Below, piece after piece: positions 52,440 to 62,166 of a stretch of DNA of 64,000 nucleotides. The stretch is from Solirubrobacterales bacterium (lineage in GTDB: Bacteria > Actinomycetota > Thermoleophilia > Solirubrobacterales > 70-9). Each line of letters starts with the position of its first letter. Position 1 is the first letter of the stretch. The notes under the pieces were generated by a model. The model was not told the origin of the DNA. It saw only the letters and a program-made list of their open reading frames with translations, and did not search any database. The position numbers and the translations under genes were made by a program. The stretch covers positions 9,065 through 73,064 of the forward strand of contig JBBECI010000043.1 of NCBI GenBank assembly GCA_040881895.1. Direction: 5' to 3'.

Positions 52440-53941
52440 GCGGACTGGATCCGATCCGGATCCAGGTGGCTGCAGGAGCATTTGCCTCGATCTGCGAGGA
52501 AATGGGAGCCGCGCTGATCCGCTCCGCCCACTCAGCCAACATCAAGGAGCGGCGCGACTGCTCAGCTGCGATCTTTGACCCCTCCGGGGAGATGGTGATG
52601 CAGGCCGAGCACATCCCGGTGCACCTGGGTTCAATGCCGGCGTCGGTGCGAGCTGTGATCGACCGTGAGCACCGTCAAGGCGTCTCCTGGTTTCTGAATG
52701 ACCCTTACGCAGGCGGTACGCATCTGCCCGACATAACGGTGGTCACCCCGGCCTTCGATGCGACCGGGAGTCTGATCGGCTTCGCTGCCAACCGCGCCCA
52801 CCACGCAGACGTCGGCGGCAGCCGACCTGGATCGATGCCCGCCGACTCAACCAGACTTTCCGATGAAGGAGTTGTGATCTCGCCCCGGGTGCTCGATGAG
52901 GCTTCGATTACCGAAGTTACCTCCCGGATGAGGCAGCCTGCCCAGCGGCGTGCTGACCTCCGCGCCCAGATCGCCGCCAACCGCCTCGGTACGACCCGTC
53001 TCGCTGGGCTTGCAGACCGTCGAGGGAACAGCGACCTGCATCTCGCAATGGCCGAAGTAATTGAGTACGCCGAGGTGCGCACCCGCGCGCTGATCAAAGA
53101 GATGCCGGATGGTGAGCACTCGGCCCAGGACGTTCTCGAAGGACGCCTGGGCGACATCCGTCTCGCGGTCACCGCAACCGTGACGGGAGATTCGATCAGA
53201 TTTGATTTCAGCGACTCGTCCGGGCCGGACCCCGGAAACCTCAACTGCCCGCTGGCGGTGACCGAATCCGCCTGCTACTTCGCCGTTAGAGTGCTGACCG
53301 ATCCGGACATACCGGCAAGCGCGGGGGCCTACCGTCCGATCGAAGTGATCGCCCCCAAGGGCAGCCTGCTCAATGCTCAGGCACCCTCCGCAGTCGTTGC
53401 CGGCAACGTTGAGACCTCATCCAGGGTTGCCGACATCTGCCTCATGGCCTTCGGCAGAGCTGCAGGGCAAGGCACGATGAACAACCTGACTCTGGGCAAC
53501 GACCGGTTTACCTACTACGAGACGATGGGTGGTGGCCAGGCGGCGTCGCCCGGTTCAGCGGGACCAAGCGCCGTTCACGTGGCTATGTCCAACACTCTCA
53601 ACACTCCGATTGAGGCCATGGAGATTGAGTTTCCGCTTTTGGCGCACGAGTACTCAGTTCGCCGCGACAGTGGCGGTGGCGGGCAGCATCGCGGAGGCGA
53701 AGGTCTGGTCCGGGAGATCGAAGCGCTTGAGCCGATGAGCTTCGCCCTGCTGACCGAACGTCGGCGCCACAGGCCACCAGGTGCTTCAGGTGGGGGCGCT
53801 GGCAAGTGCGGGCGCAACCTGCTGTCCCGGGCCACGCAAGCGGGTTACACCGAGCTCGAACCGAAAGATTCGGGTGATCTCGAGACGGGCGATCGCCTGA
53901 GGATCGAAACCCCCGGTGGCGGCGGTTTCGGAAATGGCTGA
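52430..53941 (+). CDS. Hydantoinase B / oxoprolinase family protein
   Basis: DPIRIQVAAGAFASICEEMGAALIRSAHSANIKERRDCSAAIFD...HLGSMP, NDPYAGGTHLPD, and a C-terminal GGGGFG. The GTG start overlaps the nadB end by 10 nt. Confidence 0.85.
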   Translation: MALSGLDPIRIQVAAGAFASICEEMGAALIRSAHSANIKERRDCSAAIFDPSGEMVMQAEHIPVHLGSMPASVRAVIDREHRQGVSWFLNDPYAGGTHLPDITVVTPAFDATGSLIGFAANRAHHADVGGSRPGSMPADSTRLSDEGVVISPRVLDEASITEVTSRMRQPAQRRADLRAQIAANRLGTTRLAGLADRRGNSDLHLAMAEVIEYAEVRTRALIKEMPDGEHSAQDVLEGRLGDIRLAVTATVTGDSIRFDFSDSSGPDPGNLNCPLAVTESACYFAVRVLTDPDIPASAGAYRPIEVIAPKGSLLNAQAPSAVVAGNVETSSRVADICLMAFGRAAGQGTMNNLTLGNDRFTYYETMGGGQAASPGSAGPSAVHVAMSNTLNTPIEAMEIEFPLLAHEYSVRRDSGGGGQHRGGEGLVREIEALEPMSFALLTERRRHRPPGASGGGAGKCGRNLLSRATQAGYTELEPKDSGDLETGDRLRIETPGGGGFGNG

Positions 53942-55820
53942 GCGGGAACAGGCCGATGTGATCCTCGGCGTTGATGTCGGCGGCACATTTACGGATGCCG
54001 TTGTGATCACCGACGGTCAGGTGTTTGCGAGCAAGTCCGCCAGCACCCCTGAAGACCAGTCCGTCGGTGCACTGACGGCTGCCAGTGAAGCCCTCGCACT
54101 GGCTGGCACAGATGCTGCTCAGGTTCTCGTCTTTGCTCATGGCATGACCGTTGCCACCAATGCCCTGCTCGAAGCACGGGTTGCCGATGCTGCTCTGGTG
54201 GCTACCCGCGGCTTCGCCGATCTGGTCGAGATAGGCCGCCAGAACAGGCCTTCGCTCTACCGGCTCGAAGACGCCCCTGCCGCGGCGTTGATCCCGCCTG
54301 AGAGGCGGTTCGAACTCGATGAACGGATGGGGCCCAACGGCCTGATCAAGGCGCCTTCGATCGAGGATCTGGATCGGGTGGTTGAGGCAATCAAGCAGTC
54401 CGGTGTGGGCTCGGTAGCGGTCTGTCTTCTTCATGCCGACCGGTTCCCCGAGCACGAAATCGCGCTCGGCAACCGGCTGCGTGAAAGGCTTGGCCGCCAG
54501 GTTCACGTGTCGCTTTCCCACGAAGTCGTCGGAACCTTCCGTGAATATGAGCGAGCGGCAACAACAGAGGTGGATGCGGCGCTCTCGCCGCTCCTGTCCA
54601 GCTACCTCAGTCGACTCGGTGGCCGTTGTGCCGGGAAGGGCCTGCCTGAACCTCTGATCATGCAGTCGAGCGGCGGCCTGACGAATCTGGAGACTGCCTC
54701 CCGCCACGCTGCGCTGGCTGTGCTTTCCGGCCCGGCCGGTGGAGCCGCTGCGGCAGCGATGATTTCCGAAGCTGCCGGGGAGCCCGACCTTCTTTGCTTC
54801 GACATGGGTGGAACGTCCTGCGACGTCTGTGTGATTGAGGCAGGCCGTGCCAGAGAGACTGGTGGTCGGTCAATCGCGGGGAGGCCGTTGGCTCTGCCGA
54901 TGGTCGACATAGAGACAGTCGGCGCGGGAGGGGGGTCGATCGCATGGCGCGACGCGGGAGGAGCGCTGCGAGTCGGTCCCCAGTCAGCCGGAGCCGAGCC
55001 CGGGCCGGCCTGCTACGGCAAGGGCGGAATCCTTCCCACGGTGACCGATGCCCACCTGTCGCTGGGCCGACTTGGAGACAGGCCACAACTTGCTGGGGGC
55101 ATCCATCTGGACCGGGAAGCCGGACGCGCCGCGATCTCTGCACTCGCGGAGGAGCTCGGAATTGACGACGAGGTCTGTGCGGCAGGGATTCTCAAAGTGG
55201 CCGATACGGAAATGGTGAGGGCGCTGCGGGTGATGACTGTGGAGCGTGGACTCGATCCAGCTGATTTCGCCCTGCTCGCCTTTGGCGGCGCCGGACCACT
55301 GCATGCCGCTTCGATCGCGGACGAGCTGGGGATCGAACGGGTGCTTGTTCCGGCAGACGGCGGAGTCTTCAGTGCGCTCGGCCTGGCCGCAGCTGAGCGC
55401 CGACAGGACGAAATTCGCACGGTTCTAATGTCCGAGGAAGAGACCTCCCCAACCCGTCTTGCCGAGTTGATCGGCGCGGCCGACGAAGTCAGCTGGGATA
55501 TTCGCTACAGGGGCCAGTCGTTTGAACTCCCGGTCTCCACCACAAGCACCGATCCGAAGCGACTGCGCGAGCTGTTTGAGGCCTCCCATGAAGCCCGCTA
55601 CGGATACCGGGACTCCGAGGCCCCGATCGAGCTGGTCACGGTCCGCCGGCGTCACGTCACACCCGGACCGCAGATATCCCTCGTGGAGCAGGATTTTCCA
55701 CCAAAGAACGGGCCGGAGTCGATTGATCTCGGCCAGGCCACGCTCTTTCTCCCAGAGGGATGGTCTGCGAGTGGGGACAGGGCCGGACTGATCCGAATGA
55801 CACGAGTCAAGTCTCTGTGA
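53934..55820 (+). CDS. Hydantoinase A / oxoprolinase family protein
   Basis: ILGVDVGGTFTDAVVI N-terminal ASKHA motif and CFDMGGTSCDV. ATG 53934 overlaps the hyuB-like stop (ATGgcTGA). Confidence 0.85.
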   Translation: MAEREQADVILGVDVGGTFTDAVVITDGQVFASKSASTPEDQSVGALTAASEALALAGTDAAQVLVFAHGMTVATNALLEARVADAALVATRGFADLVEIGRQNRPSLYRLEDAPAAALIPPERRFELDERMGPNGLIKAPSIEDLDRVVEAIKQSGVGSVAVCLLHADRFPEHEIALGNRLRERLGRQVHVSLSHEVVGTFREYERAATTEVDAALSPLLSSYLSRLGGRCAGKGLPEPLIMQSSGGLTNLETASRHAALAVLSGPAGGAAAAAMISEAAGEPDLLCFDMGGTSCDVCVIEAGRARETGGRSIAGRPLALPMVDIETVGAGGGSIAWRDAGGALRVGPQSAGAEPGPACYGKGGILPTVTDAHLSLGRLGDRPQLAGGIHLDREAGRAAISALAEELGIDDEVCAAGILKVADTEMVRALRVMTVERGLDPADFALLAFGGAGPLHAASIADELGIERVLVPADGGVFSALGLAAAERRQDEIRTVLMSEEETSPTRLAELIGAADEVSWDIRYRGQSFELPVSTTSTDPKRLRELFEASHEARYGYRDSEAPIELVTVRRRHVTPGPQISLVEQDFPPKNGPESIDLGQATLFLPEGWSASGDRAGLIRMTRVKSL

Positions 55821-55971
55821 CGCTGGTCACACAACTTGAATATTCGGTAAACGTTCAGTAACCTGCCAAGTCCTGCAGATTCGAAGCCCGGCCGAAGATT
55901 TCCTCCTAGGCTGGTGCACTGACTCGTCTCCGCAGCTATCCGTAGCAACTCCCTACCTGACTGAGAAACCT

Positions 55972-56607
55972 ATGCCAATTGCGTTCAAGGAATGGGCCGT
56001 GACCGTGCGAGCCCTGTCCGAAGGTGAACAACTCCTGACTCTCCGCAAAGGCGGAATCCGCGAGGAGAACAAGCACTTCGAACTGGAGCATGACCGCTTC
56101 TTCCTGTACCCCACATTTGACCATCAGCACAATGATCTGGTGCGCCCTTCGCATCACCCCGAGCTTGATCGGGCGTTGGAAGAAGGTGTCTGGCCCGACG
56201 AGGAGCCTCCGGCCCGCGCCCTGCTTCAGGACGGTGGCATCCCCCAGCCCGACCGGGTTCGGATTCGCGCCTGGGCTGAGGTGGCGGAGCACATTACGAT
56301 CGACAACCCCAAGATTGTCGATGGTCTGTCGCCTTTCTACATCTGGACCACTGACTACGCGACAAAGCGCCTCAACTGGAAGCCGCGTCACCCGCTGCAT
56401 CTGGTTCTGCTCCGAGTCCACCGCATCCCGCGACCGGTAACGGTCAGGGTGCGTGAGGAGTACCACGGCAGTCGCTCCTGGGTCGAGATAGACCGCGATC
56501 TTCCGTTCGAAGGTACTCCGGTAATGGCTGACGAAGAGTTCGAGCGGGCAAGCGCCGAGATCCGGGCCGTCTGCGGCGTCGGCGACCGCATCCCGGCGAT
56601 GGCCTGA
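55972..56607 (+). CDS. DUF1802 family protein
   Basis: MPIAFKEWAVTVRALSEGEQLLTLRKGGIREE...FELEHDRFFLYPTFDHQ matches my recollection of the DUF1802 N-terminal signature. Confidence 0.5.
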   Translation: MPIAFKEWAVTVRALSEGEQLLTLRKGGIREENKHFELEHDRFFLYPTFDHQHNDLVRPSHHPELDRALEEGVWPDEEPPARALLQDGGIPQPDRVRIRAWAEVAEHITIDNPKIVDGLSPFYIWTTDYATKRLNWKPRHPLHLVLLRVHRIPRPVTVRVREEYHGSRSWVEIDRDLPFEGTPVMADEEFERASAEIRAVCGVGDRIPAMA

Positions 56608-56717
56608 GCCTCGACTGACCAACACCGTGAGCGCCCACCGGCGCAAAACCGCACGAAAAGTATCCAGGAGGACCCGCCCGACCGGCGGGTCCTCTTCGTT
56701 CCAATACCCTGCGCCGG

Positions 56718-57527
56718 GTGACTTGGACTGAAACGAACTCGCTTACCTTCAGCGCCCGCCATGAGGACGGTGACACCGGGTATGCCGAAGAGCTGCTCGA
56801 CCGACTCGAGGATTTAAGCCTCCGGCTTGAGGACCGTTTTGAAGCGGCACCGGACGACATTTCGATCGTCATCCACCCGTCTGCCATCTGGCTGAATCTG
56901 GCTCATCCGTTTTTTCCGGCAGTCAGGTGGTCGGCCGCTCCGGCCGGTCGCCGTTATGTGGCCGGATGGCCTATGGCGACCGAGATCCATGTGCTCGGTG
57001 AGTCGGCAATGGAGAAGAGAGCCGCCGGCGAGGCATCCCTGGAGGCCCTCAAGGGCACCGCTGAGCGCCTCTACACGCAGATAGTGGTGGCAGGTAACAA
57101 CGGGTCCATACCCCCTCCCTGGACCCCAAAGCGTTTCCTCCGATACCTCGAATGGTCCTGGCTGGTCGAAGGTAGTGCCCAGCACTTCTCCCGCCAGGTC
57201 GATCTGTACCGGGCCGCCGTTATCCGCCGTCTGCGTGAGGGTTCAAGGCCCTCCTTTCCGCCGGGAAGGCGCGATGCGATTCTTCTGGGCGGAACGATCT
57301 TCGACCTGCTTGAGAACTACCGTGGCGGCGGTGCCTGCGAGTTGCTGGTCGCCAGGCTGCGCAGGGGCGGTCCGACGGCCAATCTTGAGGCGGCATTTGA
57401 CCTTGGTTTACGCGAGATCGAAGAGATGTGGCGCCAGTACCTGCGAGACCTCGTCAGGCCGGACACGGACCTGCGCAGTGAGGGGCCAGATGCCGCAGTC
57501 GACTTCCTGGCCGAACTCGGCGAGTAA
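56718..57527 (+). CDS. Hypothetical protein
   Basis: 269 aa, GTG start, GC3-rich, soluble-looking. No motif recognised. Confidence 0.55.
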   Translation: MTWTETNSLTFSARHEDGDTGYAEELLDRLEDLSLRLEDRFEAAPDDISIVIHPSAIWLNLAHPFFPAVRWSAAPAGRRYVAGWPMATEIHVLGESAMEKRAAGEASLEALKGTAERLYTQIVVAGNNGSIPPPWTPKRFLRYLEWSWLVEGSAQHFSRQVDLYRAAVIRRLREGSRPSFPPGRRDAILLGGTIFDLLENYRGGGACELLVARLRRGGPTANLEAAFDLGLREIEEMWRQYLRDLVRPDTDLRSEGPDAAVDFLAELGE

Positions 57528-57546
57528 TCACGCCGCACAGTTCGGC

Positions 57547-58293
57547 TCAGCGCGCGAGGACGAGACCGAGGAACTTCTTCGTGCGCTCCTGCGAAGGGTT
57601 ACCGAGGACCTCTTCCGGCTTGCCCTCTTCAACAATGTAGCCCTGGTCCATGAAGATCACTCGATCTGAGACCTCACGGGCAAAGTTCATTTCATGGGTC
57701 ACGACCACCATGGTCATGCCGCTCTCCGCAAGCTCCTTCATGACGTCCAGAACTCCCTTGACCAGTTCCGGGTCCAAGGCGCTGGTCACCTCGTCAAAGA
57801 GCATCACCTCGGGGTCCATGGCCAGTGCCCTCGCAATCGCCACCCGCTGCTGTTGACCACCGGAAAGACGATCCGGGTACTCGTCAAGCTTTTCCTCGAG
57901 GCCGACCTTGGCGAGAAGTTCCGCCGAGCGGGAATCAGCCTCTTTCTTCTTGCGGCCACGCACCTTGGTCTGGGCAATCGAAACGTTTTCCCGGGCCGTC
58001 ATGTGCGGGAACAGATTGAACGACTGAAAGACCATGCCGACCTCACGTCGCAGCACGTCAAGACCTTTCGGTCTCCCTTCGCCAAATACTTCCTTCCCGT
58101 GCAGCTCGATCCGACCGCCGTCGGGAAGCTCGAGCATGTTCAGGCAGCGCAGCATGGTGCTTTTCCCGGATCCGCTCGGGCCGATCACACAGACAACCTC
58201 GCCCTCCCCGATCTCGACATTGATGTCTTTGAGCACATCCAACTTGCCATAGCTCTTCTTCAGGCCGCTGACGGTAAGCATGGCCTCTCTCAC
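57547..58293 (-). CDS. Amino acid ABC transporter ATP-binding protein
   Basis: [37 protein letters not shown], polar-amino-acid (GlnQ/HisP) type. Confidence 0.9.
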   Translation of the reverse strand: MREAMLTVSGLKKSYGKLDVLKDINVEIGEGEVVCVIGPSGSGKSTMLRCLNMLELPDGGRIELHGKEVFGEGRPKGLDVLRREVGMVFQSFNLFPHMTARENVSIAQTKVRGRKKKEADSRSAELLAKVGLEEKLDEYPDRLSGGQQQRVAIARALAMDPEVMLFDEVTSALDPELVKGVLDVMKELAESGMTMVVVTHEMNFAREVSDRVIFMDQGYIVEEGKPEEVLGNPSQERTKKFLGLVLAR

Positions 58294-59030
58294 GGGATCC
58301 CCCTCTGGAACTTCTCATCCTGCTTTTTAATTTGCCAGTCGACCAGACGGGCCAACGGGATGGTGACGATGAGAAATAGAAACGCTCCCAGCGTGTAGCC
58401 GGAGGGGTTGAAGAACTCGGAGTAGAGATCGCTGCCGGTCTGAACCGTTTCAACCAGTCCCAAAACTGAAATGAGCGCAGTGTCCTTCATCAGGGCGATG
58501 AAATCATTGAGCAGCGGAGGAATGACTTTGCGTACCGCCTGGGGAATGATCACAAAGCGCATCGCCTGGCCATGACTCATGCCGAGCGACCGGGAAGCCT
58601 CCGTCTGCCCACGCGGGACCGCTTCGATTCCGGCCCGGTAGACCTCGGCCATGTAGGCACCGTAGGTCAGGGTCAACGCAATCACTCCGTACCAGAAGGG
58701 ATCGGATTCCCCGAACCATTGGGGGATACCGATTTCCCTTGGAATCGTTCCCTCCGAGGCCAGCGTAGCGAGGCCCGCTGAAAGCCCGAGAATGACCAGA
58801 AGCAGCGGTATACCGCGGAGAGCATCGATATAGGCGATGGTCAGCCCTCGGACTGGCGCCAGCCACTTGCCGGGCAACTGGCGAAGTACCGAGAGCATCA
58901 AACCCCAGATCAGAGCGAAAAATCCGCCGACGACCGAGAGTTTGATCGTCACCCAGAAGCCAGCGAGCACCTCATCGAAGTGCTCGGCCATGAAGCTGAA
59001 ATCAAAATACGTATCGAAGAAAACTTCCAA
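58290..59030 (-). CDS. Amino acid ABC transporter permease (HisM/GlnP family)
   Basis: EAA-loop region ([24 protein letters not shown]) and five or more TM segments. Confidence 0.9.
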   Translation of the reverse strand: MEVFFDTYFDFSFMAEHFDEVLAGFWVTIKLSVVGGFFALIWGLMLSVLRQLPGKWLAPVRGLTIAYIDALRGIPLLLVILGLSAGLATLASEGTIPREIGIPQWFGESDPFWYGVIALTLTYGAYMAEVYRAGIEAVPRGQTEASRSLGMSHGQAMRFVIIPQAVRKVIPPLLNDFIALMKDTALISVLGLVETVQTGSDLYSEFFNPSGYTLGAFLFLIVTIPLARLVDWQIKKQDEKFQRGIP

Positions 59031-59143
59031 CTGATTCTCTCTCGAGTTACTTCATGACGCACGCCGACCTCGACGCGGCTCCGCAATCACGCTCTGCCGG
59101 AAGGGGCTCTGCTGACCCCCTCCGGCATTGCGTTTACCTACTG

Positions 59144-59989
59144 CTACTGCGGCTTGTTGGTGCCGTCAATCACGCCCTTGGGGGCGTCAATCTTGAACCA
59201 CTTTTGGTACAGATCGTTGAGTCGGCCGTCAGTCTTCATGCTGGCCAGCGACTTATTGACAGCTGCGAGGAGGGCCGGAGTGTCCTGCGAGAACGCCAGA
59301 CCGTACAGCTCACCAGTCGGGATCGTGGTCGCCAGAGCGAAACCGGTCTCGCCCTTGTCGATCGCATCCTGAGCGACCGGCTGGTCGATGATCGTCGCCT
59401 CAACCTGTCCGTTCTGCAGGGCAGCGATCGCAGCGGGACCGTTCGGGAATCCTCGCACGCTCCCGGCATCCGTCTCGTCCTGCGCATAGGCTTCGCCAGT
59501 GGTGCCATCCTGAGCTCCTACTGTCAGGCCGGCCAGATCTTCGACCGAGGTGACGTCGGAACCTTCGGGCACCAGCAGGGCCTGTTCGGCCTCGTAGTAA
59601 GGATCCGAGAAGTCAACCTGCTGCTCACGTTCAGGCGTAATCGTCGAAGCCGAAGCGACCATGTCGAACTTGCCTTGGGCCACGTCGGTGAAAATTGTGT
59701 CGAAGGCGGTGTCCTTGATGGCAACTTCAAGGTCGAGGTCCTTGGCGAGTTCGTTCACCAGATCGATGTCGAACCCGTCATAGCTCGGGGCTTTACCGAA
59801 CTCAAACGGCGGAAACGGTATGTCAGAGCCGACTGTCAGGGTTCCGGGAGTGATCAACTCGGATGCGATATCGCCGCTTCCGGAACTGGAGGTATCGGAA
59901 CTGCTGTCATCGCCGCCACAGGCGACAAGCGTCATTGCGGCCACTACAGCCAGGGTGGATGTCAGGCAAAACAGTCGAGACTTTTTCAT
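59144..59989 (-). CDS. Amino acid ABC transporter substrate-binding lipoprotein
   Basis: Lipobox LVACGG. Family-3 SBP motifs (GSDIPFPPFEF, GFDIDLVNELAK, DMVASASTITPER). Confidence 0.9.
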   Translation of the reverse strand: MKKSRLFCLTSTLAVVAAMTLVACGGDDSSSDTSSSGSGDIASELITPGTLTVGSDIPFPPFEFGKAPSYDGFDIDLVNELAKDLDLEVAIKDTAFDTIFTDVAQGKFDMVASASTITPEREQQVDFSDPYYEAEQALLVPEGSDVTSVEDLAGLTVGAQDGTTGEAYAQDETDAGSVRGFPNGPAAIAALQNGQVEATIIDQPVAQDAIDKGETGFALATTIPTGELYGLAFSQDTPALLAAVNKSLASMKTDGRLNDLYQKWFKIDAPKGVIDGTNKPQ

Positions 59990-60120
59990 AAAGTTCCTTC
60001 CTTCGAATGGTTGATTCGGACGCAGCGATCGCAGTATCGCACGGATTCCGTGACTTGATACGACTAATTGGCCTGAGCCACTACACTTTCTAAAGTACCC
60101 TTCTTGGAAACACCCAAACC

Positions 60121-61092
60121 ATGAACCCTTACTACGACCTTCTGAACAAGCCCTGCGGCGGTACCTTCACCGATATCGTCGATTCGATCGGCCACACGCC
60201 ACTGGTCGAACTGTCAACGGTCTCGCCCAACGGGAACGTCAAGGTCTTCGCGAAGCTTGAGTCGGCAAATCCGACGGGTTCGGTGAAGGATCGTGTCGCC
60301 CGATCAATGATGGAAGCGGCCGAAGAAAGCGGTGCCATCGGCCCGGGTCAGACCATTCTCGAACCGACTTCCGGTAACACCGGCATCGCCCTCGCAATGA
60401 TCTGCCGCCGCAAGCGGTACCCACTCAAGGTGGTTATGCCAGACAACGTCACCGCCGAGCGAACCGAACTGCTTCGGATGTACGGAGCCGAGATCGTCTA
60501 TTCCGAAGGTGCCAAGGGCTCCAATGGAGCGGTTGAGATGGCCCTGGAAATGGCTGCCGCCGATTCCAACTACTACATGCCTTACCAGTACGGAAACGAA
60601 GCCAACCCGCTTGCTCACTACAACGGAACCGCAGTCGAGATCCTTGAGGAACTCGATTCCGTCGCAGCTTTCGTAGCCGGGCTGGGTACTGGTGGCACCC
60701 TGATGGGCAACGGCCGTCGGCTCAAAGAACACGACCCCGAGACCAAAATCATTGCTGCGGAGCCGATGCAGGGCGAGCTCGTTCAGGGTCTGCGCTCGCT
60801 CGACGACGGTTTCATACCGCCGATCATCGACCTCTCCGTTCTCGACCGCAAGATTATGGTCTCCAATCGCGATGCGATCATCTGGACCAAGCGCCTGCTT
60901 GATGACGAGGGCATCTTTGCCGGCGTCTCGTCCGGAGCGGTGGCCGCGATCGTCCACCGCATCGCCGGCGAAATGGACTCGGGCAACATCGTCTTTCTTA
61001 TTCCGGATGGCGGCTGGAAGTACCTGTCTTCTGGCATCTACACGAAGTCACTGGACGAACTGGGCGACGTCGACGCCACCAACTGGTGGTAG
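60121..61092 (+). CDS. cysM: Cysteine synthase, CysM-like (CysO-thiocarboxylate dependent by context)
   Basis: PLP-Lys motif NPTGSVKDRVA, SGNTGIALA, GLGTGGTLMG. Confidence 0.85.
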   Translation: MNPYYDLLNKPCGGTFTDIVDSIGHTPLVELSTVSPNGNVKVFAKLESANPTGSVKDRVARSMMEAAEESGAIGPGQTILEPTSGNTGIALAMICRRKRYPLKVVMPDNVTAERTELLRMYGAEIVYSEGAKGSNGAVEMALEMAAADSNYYMPYQYGNEANPLAHYNGTAVEILEELDSVAAFVAGLGTGGTLMGNGRRLKEHDPETKIIAAEPMQGELVQGLRSLDDGFIPPIIDLSVLDRKIMVSNRDAIIWTKRLLDDEGIFAGVSSGAVAAIVHRIAGEMDSGNIVFLIPDGGWKYLSSGIYTKSLDELGDVDATNWW

Positions 61093-61484
61093 TTCCGCAG
61101 AAAATGCTCGACGAAATGATCGAGCACGCCCGGGAGGATGCACCGAACGAGTGCTGCGGCCTGATCGGTGGAATTCCGGAAGAGGCTCAGTCGATCCACC
61201 GAGCTGTAAACGCTGAGGCCAGTCCTTTCCGTTACAGCATCGCACCGCGTGAGCAGCTCCAGTTGATGAACCAGATTGAGGGTGACGGTCAGCAGATTGC
61301 CGGGATCTATCATTCGCATACCCGCACTCCCGCCTACCCCTCCCAGACCGATATCAACCTTGCCTCAGGCTGGCCCGATGCCATCTATTTCATTGTCTCT
61401 CTCGAACATTCGGATACTCCAGTGGTCAAAGCTTTCCGGATAGAGGGCAGCAAGGTTGAGGATGTCGCTGTTCGGACCTCGTAA
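61086..61484 (+). CDS. mec: JAMM/MPN+ metalloprotease (Mec-like)
   Basis: PNECCGLIGG (Glu) and the JAMM motif HSHTRTPAYPSQTD (H-x-H-x7-S-x2-D). The GTG start overlaps the cysM end by 7 nt. Confidence 0.8.
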   Translation: MVVPQKMLDEMIEHAREDAPNECCGLIGGIPEEAQSIHRAVNAEASPFRYSIAPREQLQLMNQIEGDGQQIAGIYHSHTRTPAYPSQTDINLASGWPDAIYFIVSLEHSDTPVVKAFRIEGSKVEDVAVRTS

Positions 61485-61785
61485 GCCGAGAACTCCCGAG
61501 CCGGTGAAAGTAGCCTGGGCTTCCAACCAGTCCGAGGCCGAAATGATTGAAGGGATACTGAATGCCGAGGGCATCCCCTGTCTGATACGCCGGGCCCGAG
61601 GTTTTGATGTGCCTGACTTTCTGGCTGCTGGTCCACGGGAAATCCTGGTACCCGCTCTGGCTGAAGACAAAGCCCGGGAGATCCTTGCGGCTCTTGAAGC
61701 AGGCGGAAGCTCTTTTTCGCCAGGAGTACCTTCAGGCGAGGAACCGCTGGACCCCAGGTTCGAAGCTCCAGACTTTCCAGATTGA
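61462..61785 (+). CDS. DUF2007-like (putative signal-transducing, GlnB-fold) small protein
   Basis: VKVAWASNQSEAEMIEGILNAEGIPCLIR ... ILVPALAEDKAREIL fits the DUF2007 pattern. Overlaps the mec end by about 23 nt. Confidence 0.5.
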   Translation: MSLFGPRKPRTPEPVKVAWASNQSEAEMIEGILNAEGIPCLIRRARGFDVPDFLAAGPREILVPALAEDKAREILAALEAGGSSFSPGVPSGEEPLDPRFEAPDFPD

Positions 61786-61844
61786 CCCGGGTCCACGGCC
61801 AACCGAAAGTCACGGTTGGCCGGGCTACCGGTGCCCGCGGAAGG

Positions 61845-62123
61845 TCAGCTTGATCCGCCGGCCATGGCCGGCAGAATCATGACGGTGTCGTCGCCCGACA
61901 CAGCAGTATCGAGACCATCGAGTACCCGGACATCCTCATCGTTTAGATAGATGTTGACGAAACGGTTCAGATCGCCCTCTTCAGAGAAGATCTGAGCTTT
62001 CGTTTCGGGGAACTGAGCCACGAGAGCCTCCAGGACGGACCCGACCCGGTCGCCTTCGACGGAAACTTCGGTCGCACCACCGGTGTGTTGACGCAGGACT
62101 GGAGGGACTCTGACTGAAGGCAT
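61845..62123 (-). CDS. cysO: MoaD/ThiS-family sulfur carrier protein CysO, C-terminus ...AMAGG-SS
   Basis: VRVPPVLRQHTGG...FVNIYLNDEDVR...GDDTVMILPAMAGGSS closely parallels mycobacterial CysO (IPTILRPHTGG...FVNIYVNDEDVR...ILPAVAGG). Confidence 0.8.
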   Translation of the reverse strand: MPSVRVPPVLRQHTGGATEVSVEGDRVGSVLEALVAQFPETKAQIFSEEGDLNRFVNIYLNDEDVRVLDGLDTAVSGDDTVMILPAMAGGSS

Positions 62124-62166
62124 ACCGGAACCCTAGCGTGAGGAGTCTCTGCCAGGGCGCGTCGGC

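Noticed and set aside
50832-54707. Long minus-strand ORFs 50832..52064 (410 aa) and 53598..54707 (369 aa)
   Set aside because: They lie antisense to nadB and to the hydantoinase genes, both of which carry unambiguous family motifs. This is typical open-antisense-frame behaviour in high-GC coding DNA.
59054-60058. 334-aa plus-strand ORF
   Set aside because: It is fully antisense to the amino-acid ABC substrate-binding lipoprotein, which has a lipobox and family-3 SBP motifs. Similar antisense ORFs (15536..16456, 23775..24944, 28017..29618, 37272..38147) were rejected for the same reason.
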